Made by a program: the position numbers and the translations under genes
In this document: one piece after another, positions 59,192 through 64,000 of the stretch
Layout: the number at the start of each line of letters is the position of its first letter
Numbering within the stretch: the first letter of the stretch is position 1
Assembly: GCA_947053455.1 (NCBI GenBank)
Contig: CAMRSV010000001.1
Location: forward strand, 96,001-160,000
Direction: 5' to 3'
DNA from: an uncultured Alphaproteobacteria bacterium
GTDB lineage: Bacteria > Pseudomonadota > Alphaproteobacteria > Rs-D84
Length of the DNA: 64,000 bases
Notes under the pieces: generated by a model
Databases searched by the model: none
Seen by the model: the letters and a program-made list of their open reading frames with translations, nothing else
What the model was told of the DNA's origin: nothing

Positions 59192-61461
59192 TTTTTTATT
59201 CCTTTCTTAAACCGTGTTGATGGCTTTTTATTATTTATCAATTCAATCGCCGTTTCCAAATCGGGTTGTGATTTTACAGACACGTTAACCTTGTTTGACG
59301 ATATGTATGCGCCATATCGCCCGGTCGGATAGAAATAAATCGGTTTGCCGGTTGCAGGGTTTTCGCCGATTTCAATCGGTTCAGCTTTTTTCGCGCCGCC
59401 GGCCAATAATTCGCGCGCAATATCAAGGGTTATCGTTTCTGATGTGTATTGTTTTGCCGCGACATTTTTTTCACCGTTTGTAACATACGGGCCAAATCGT
59501 CCAACACGGAATGATATTCCATCGCCCAGGTCTATATTCGTTGGCGCACCCTTTGCAGATGATGTGTCTGTGTCGCTGGGTTTTTGTGTTTCGTCTGAAC
59601 TGTCGTCCATGCGACGCGTGTAATTACATTCCGGATATTTTTCACACCCGATAAATGCACCATATTTTGATAATTTTATCCCAAGTTTTCCGCCGCAATT
59701 TGGGCATACGCCATCTGTATCGCCAAACATGTGCGAATGCATAAAACCATTTATTTCGTTTATTATTTCGGTTGTTTTAATATCGCGGGCACCGTCAATC
59801 ATTGTCTTGGTTGGGCTCCAGAAATTGGACAGAGCCACAATCTTGTCCTGTTTTCCGTTTGAAACATCGTCAAGAGTGTCTTCGGTCTTTGCGGTAAAGT
59901 TTACATTGACCAATTCATTAAAATATTTGTTTAGATACGATGCAATCACCCATCCGCCCGATGTCGGGTGGAAACGGCGTTGTTTGTCCTGCTCAACATA
60001 CTTGCGGTCAACGATGGTGGACATGATTGTCGCATATGTTGATGGCCGGCCGATGCCCAGTTCTTCTAGTTTTTTAACTAGGGACGCTTCGGTATAACGG
60101 GCGGGCGGCTGTGTAAAATGCTGCTCGGGGTCAAGTTTTGTTATGGTTATCGTGTCGCCGACATTTAATGGCGGCAGTTTAGATTCCGCCGCATCGTTTG
60201 CGTCGTCGCGTGCCTCTATATATACGCGCATAAATCCGTCAAAGGTACGTGTTGTGCCAACCGCATGAAATAATGCGTTACGCTTTTCGGTTTCTATGTC
60301 CGCAGACACTACGTCGAATTCTGCGTTCGTCATTTGACATGCTATCGTGCGTTTCCATATCAGGTCGTAAAGCTTTTCTTCGTCCCCGGAAAGCGCGGGC
60401 GCGTTTCCATCAAAATGCGTGGGACGAATAGCTTCGTGTGCCTCTTGTGCGTTTTTTGATTTTGTTACGTAAATATTGGGTGTTTTCGGAACAAATTTAT
60501 CACCATATTGCGCCGCAATATGCGCGCGAATTTCGGAAATCGCATCCGCCGAAAGGTTTGTTGCATCGGTTCGCATGTATGTGATAAGACCCTGTTCGTA
60601 TAATTTTTGCGCAGCGTTCATTGTGCGCTTGGACGAGAAATAGAGTTTCCGCGCGGCTTCCTGCTGCAGGGTGCTGGTGGTAAACGGCGCGGCGGCGCGG
60701 CGCGTTGTTTTCTTTTTATCGATTGCTGCAACTGATGCATTTATTTCCGGCGTACCGATTTGTGCAAGTATTTCATCCATACGCGCACGGTTAGTAATGG
60801 ACATTTTTTCAATTTTTTCACCGCAAATTTCAGATAGATTCGCATTGAATATTCCAGAAGTTGCCCCGCATTGCGCAGACAGCGACCAATATTCATCCGG
60901 CCGGAATGCCTCTATCTCGCGTTCGCGGTCAACAACCAGTTTTACCGCAACAGATTGTACGCGACCGGCTGATTTTCCCAAATTACGCCGCCACAATAAC
61001 GGCGATATGCCAAATCCGATTAAATAATCCAACGCGCGGCGAACCAAATATGCATCAACCAAGTTTGTATCTATTTCGCGCGGGTTTTCAATCCCGGCCA
61101 GAACCGCTTTTTTTGTGATTTCATGAAATGCGACCCTATAAACTTTTTTACCGTTTAGCAGCTTTTTTGATTTCAAAATATCCAGTATATGCCAAGCAAT
61201 AGCTTCTCCTTCGCGATCCGGGTCGGATGCAAGATAAATCGCGTCGGCCTTTTTCACCTCTTCTGTGATAAGTTTGATTTGCTTTTCCTTGCCCGGCATA
61301 ATCTGCCAGCGCATTGCAAAATTGTTTTCCGTATCAACACTGCCATTTTCTGGAACCAGGTCGCGCACATGTCCGACCGATGCAATGACGCGCCATCCAC
61401 GCCCTAGATATTTTTCGATTGTTTTGGCTTTTGACGGTGATTCAACAATAAGCAAATTCAT
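59188..61461 (-). CDS. topA: DNA topoisomerase I
   Basis: IVESPSKAKTI, DPDREGE, SAGRVQS, ITYMRTD, GIGRPSTY, zinc ribbon. Confidence 0.98.
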   Translation of the reverse strand: MNLLIVESPSKAKTIEKYLGRGWRVIASVGHVRDLVPENGSVDTENNFAMRWQIMPGKEKQIKLITEEVKKADAIYLASDPDREGEAIAWHILDILKSKKLLNGKKVYRVAFHEITKKAVLAGIENPREIDTNLVDAYLVRRALDYLIGFGISPLLWRRNLGKSAGRVQSVAVKLVVDREREIEAFRPDEYWSLSAQCGATSGIFNANLSEICGEKIEKMSITNRARMDEILAQIGTPEINASVAAIDKKKTTRRAAAPFTTSTLQQEAARKLYFSSKRTMNAAQKLYEQGLITYMRTDATNLSADAISEIRAHIAAQYGDKFVPKTPNIYVTKSKNAQEAHEAIRPTHFDGNAPALSGDEEKLYDLIWKRTIACQMTNAEFDVVSADIETEKRNALFHAVGTTRTFDGFMRVYIEARDDANDAAESKLPPLNVGDTITITKLDPEQHFTQPPARYTEASLVKKLEELGIGRPSTYATIMSTIVDRKYVEQDKQRRFHPTSGGWVIASYLNKYFNELVNVNFTAKTEDTLDDVSNGKQDKIVALSNFWSPTKTMIDGARDIKTTEIINEINGFMHSHMFGDTDGVCPNCGGKLGIKLSKYGAFIGCEKYPECNYTRRMDDSSDETQKPSDTDTSSAKGAPTNIDLGDGISFRVGRFGPYVTNGEKNVAAKQYTSETITLDIARELLAGGAKKAEPIEIGENPATGKPIYFYPTGRYGAYISSNKVNVSVKSQPDLETAIELINNKKPSTRFKKGIKK

Positions 61462-61464
61462 TTT

Positions 61465-62610
61465 TCAACTTCCTTTGGCCGATAATTGCTGGTCTTTGTG
61501 AATGTGTGCGTTTTGGCAAAGTCCGAATCCGAACATTAGTGAAAGCAAGCTGCTGCCGCCGAAGGACATTAATGGCAGCGGTACACCAACCGTGGGCATC
61601 AGACCCAAAACCATGGAAATATTTATAAAGTAATAAATGAAAAAGTTCAACATAAAACCAAAACAGATAAGTTGTCCGAATCTATTCCGGCATGTCTTGG
61701 CGCACCAAAACAGCATCAATATTATGATACTGTAGAGCGCGATAAGCGCGAACGCCCCGATAAATCCTAATTCTTCACCCAGCATTGTAAAGATGAAATC
61801 TGTCTGCTTTTCCGGCAGGAAAGATTGCTGGGATTGTGAGCCATTCATATACCCCTTGCCCAGCATGCCGCCACTACCGAATGCGATTTTTGCCTGATTA
61901 ATCTGGTAACCGGCGCCACGTGCGTCGTGATCTGGGTTTATAAAGGTTATAATTCGCGCCCGCTGGTAATCATGCAGACCGCCAAACCATACAACGGGCG
62001 CGGCCAATGCACCCAAAATTGCGGCGATAATAAACCATTTTTTTTGCGCACCTACAATATAAAATATTCCGACCGTAATCATCCCAAGTGACAATGCAGT
62101 GCCCAAATCCGGCTGTGCCACAATTAGCAAAAATGGCACCAAAAGCATCACCGTCGGTACCAAATAATTTTTTATTTGAGACAATTCAACGGAATTCATC
62201 CATGCAAAGTACCGACCCAACGCCAATACTAATGCGATTTTTATCATTTCTGATGGCTGAATATGGATAAACCCCAGATTTAACCACCGTTGCGCGCCCA
62301 TTCCGGTATGCCCGACAAATGTAACCAGTATAATCATTAGTAATGCCGCCGCATAAATCCAGTATGCCGATTTTATCCATGTTTTTATGTTTGTAAACGC
62401 CGCGACAAAGAATACGACAAATCCCATGATGATTTTTATTGTTTGTGATAAAGCAAACGGCCGCCATGCACCACCGCCCGCGGAATATAAAACGACGATT
62501 GACGTGGCCAACACCAGGCACATCGGCACAAATAGCCCCCATGAAAAACGGTTCAGTTTTTCAGATATTGTCATCATGGATGCATTTGAAACGCGTGTTT
62601 GTCTTGCCAT
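61465..62610 (-). CDS. rodA: Rod shape-determining SEDS protein RodA
   Basis: GAQRW, QPSE, QPDLGT, LPEKQTDFIF, GVPLPLMSFGGS. Confidence 0.95.
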   Translation of the reverse strand: MARQTRVSNASMMTISEKLNRFSWGLFVPMCLVLATSIVVLYSAGGGAWRPFALSQTIKIIMGFVVFFVAAFTNIKTWIKSAYWIYAAALLMIILVTFVGHTGMGAQRWLNLGFIHIQPSEMIKIALVLALGRYFAWMNSVELSQIKNYLVPTVMLLVPFLLIVAQPDLGTALSLGMITVGIFYIVGAQKKWFIIAAILGALAAPVVWFGGLHDYQRARIITFINPDHDARGAGYQINQAKIAFGSGGMLGKGYMNGSQSQQSFLPEKQTDFIFTMLGEELGFIGAFALIALYSIIILMLFWCAKTCRNRFGQLICFGFMLNFFIYYFINISMVLGLMPTVGVPLPLMSFGGSSLLSLMFGFGLCQNAHIHKDQQLSAKGS

Positions 62611-62614
62611 GGTA

Positions 62615-64000
62615 TCAGTTTCCTGTCTTTAATAGTTCACGCATTGTCGCGGCGGCAACGCGAGCAGCCGTTGAACTGGTGCCGCTATGTTCCGTTACGA
62701 CGCATATTGCATACTTTGGTTTATCTGTGGGTGCATACCCAACAAACAGACCGTGGTCACGCATATTCCATTGAATCTGCTCTTTTGGAATCTTGCCGCT
62801 TTCACGTTCGGCCTTGGAAATGCTGCGAACCTGTGATGTACCCGTCTTGCCCCCCATACGCGCGCCGTTTACGTTTATCGCGCTGCCTGATGCTGTACCG
62901 CCCTTTTTCGTAACCTGCTCTAGGCCATTTAAAACAGCGTTTATATTCTTGCGCTGTAACCCCAAACTTTGGAATTTGGGAACCTTTTCCGTATTTAACA
63001 AACGTGGCAATATGTTCCGGTTTGTTGCCGCGCGTCCCATCATAACCGCCAGTTGTAGGCAGTTTGTAAGAATATAACCCTGACCGATGCCGGAAATAAT
63101 TGTATCGCCATGAACCCAATGGGCACCGACATGTTTTTCCTTCCATTTTCTGTCTGGAATTATACCCGCCATTTCACGCGAGATGACGTCGTTCATATAC
63201 TTTTCGGACAGTCCTAGTTTTAACGCCATTTCTTTGATTGCATCAATTCCGATGCGCAGCGCCATCTGATAAAAGTATATGTCGCATGAATGTTTTAATG
63301 CCCCCGCCAGGTCTACGTATCCGTGTCCCTTGTGTTCCCAGCAATGATAACGCCGGTCGCCATAGTCCCAGTGACCGGGGCAGAATATTTTTTCATTTGG
63401 TGTGGTTGCCCCAGATTCCAATGCAGCCAGTGCAACTATAATCTTAAACGTTGAGCCTGGTGGGTAAAGCCCTTCGACCGTCTTGTTCATAAAGGGTTTT
63501 GCAAAGTCTGCACGCAGTGACGCAATATATTCATCTGCATCATCGGCTTCAAATTTGTTTGCATCAAAACTGGGTACCGACACCATCGCCAGAATATCGC
63601 CGTTTTCCAAATCCAGCGCCACACCCGCGCCGGAACGGTTCTGGCTCAATGCGTCGTACATAACCTTTTGTGCGCCAGGGTTTATTGTTGTGTGCAAATC
63701 AGTGCCCCGCACAGCTGGGGCGAACTGTGATTTATCCTCGCCCGTAACACGCCCCAGCGCATTGGTTATCATAACAGTTTGACCAGGCGTTCCGAACAAT
63801 TGTTCGTTGAAACGCTTCTCTAGGCCTGTGATTCCGGTTGTATAAAACGGTGTGTTTGCCATCGCGCGTTCGGGGGCACCAACATACCCAAATATATGGG
63901 CACCGGCCGGCCCCATTTCATAATGGCGTGAAAATCCGCTAGAAACGCGTAACCCCGGCAGATTTTTAGCCTGTAATTTAGCAAGTTGAGCCCAGTCCGA
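62615..64000 (-). CDS. mrdA: Penicillin-binding protein 2 (5' end outside the window)
   Basis: YPPGSTFK, SCD.YFY, KTGTSQV, DH.LF; frame open to the window edge; upstream of rodA. Confidence 0.95.
   Translation of the reverse strand, partial: SDWAQLAKLQAKNLPGLRVSSGFSRHYEMGPAGAHIFGYVGAPERAMANTPFYTTGITGLEKRFNEQLFGTPGQTVMITNALGRVTGEDKSQFAPAVRGTDLHTTINPGAQKVMYDALSQNRSGAGVALDLENGDILAMVSVPSFDANKFEADDADEYIASLRADFAKPFMNKTVEGLYPPGSTFKIIVALAALESGATTPNEKIFCPGHWDYGDRRYHCWEHKGHGYVDLAGALKHSCDIYFYQMALRIGIDAIKEMALKLGLSEKYMNDVISREMAGIIPDRKWKEKHVGAHWVHGDTIISGIGQGYILTNCLQLAVMMGRAATNRNILPRLLNTEKVPKFQSLGLQRKNINAVLNGLEQVTKKGGTASGSAINVNGARMGGKTGTSQVRSISKAERESGKIPKEQIQWNMRDHGLFVGYAPTDKPKYAICVVTEHSGTSSTAARVAAATMRELLKTGN

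Overview
Chromosomal window (no rRNA, CRISPR, IS transposase or prophage structural genes) from a small-genome, LPS-producing alphaproteobacterium; gene content and style suggest a gut-associated uncultured lineage (Rs-D84/Enterousia-like; this is inference). Housekeeping genes include recA, secB, mltA, lolCD, ftsQ, tsaE, uvrB, aspS, infB, nusA, lptF/lptD/surA, rlmN, lpxC/lpxK, rfbCD, rpmJ, ychF, dnaG, topA, rodA and mrdA, plus three tRNAs, a GT2/capsule cluster, a split type IVb pilus system and virB3-virB4. The main signals: (1) three copies of a C4/CI-antisense-like RNA leader (19.4 kb, and two at 27.9-28.3 kb) that share one architecture but carry co-varying a/b pairing codes, outside any phage; (2) a minimal, apparently translational Asp T-box riboswitch upstream of aspS, unexpected in Alphaproteobacteria; (3) an FtsA-ribulose-phosphate 3-epimerase fusion; (4) a probable oriC at ~54.85-55.12 kb built from variant DnaA boxes (TTTTCAACA); (5) at least six apparently leaderless genes. 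All structures were paired by eye; no folding or database search was run.
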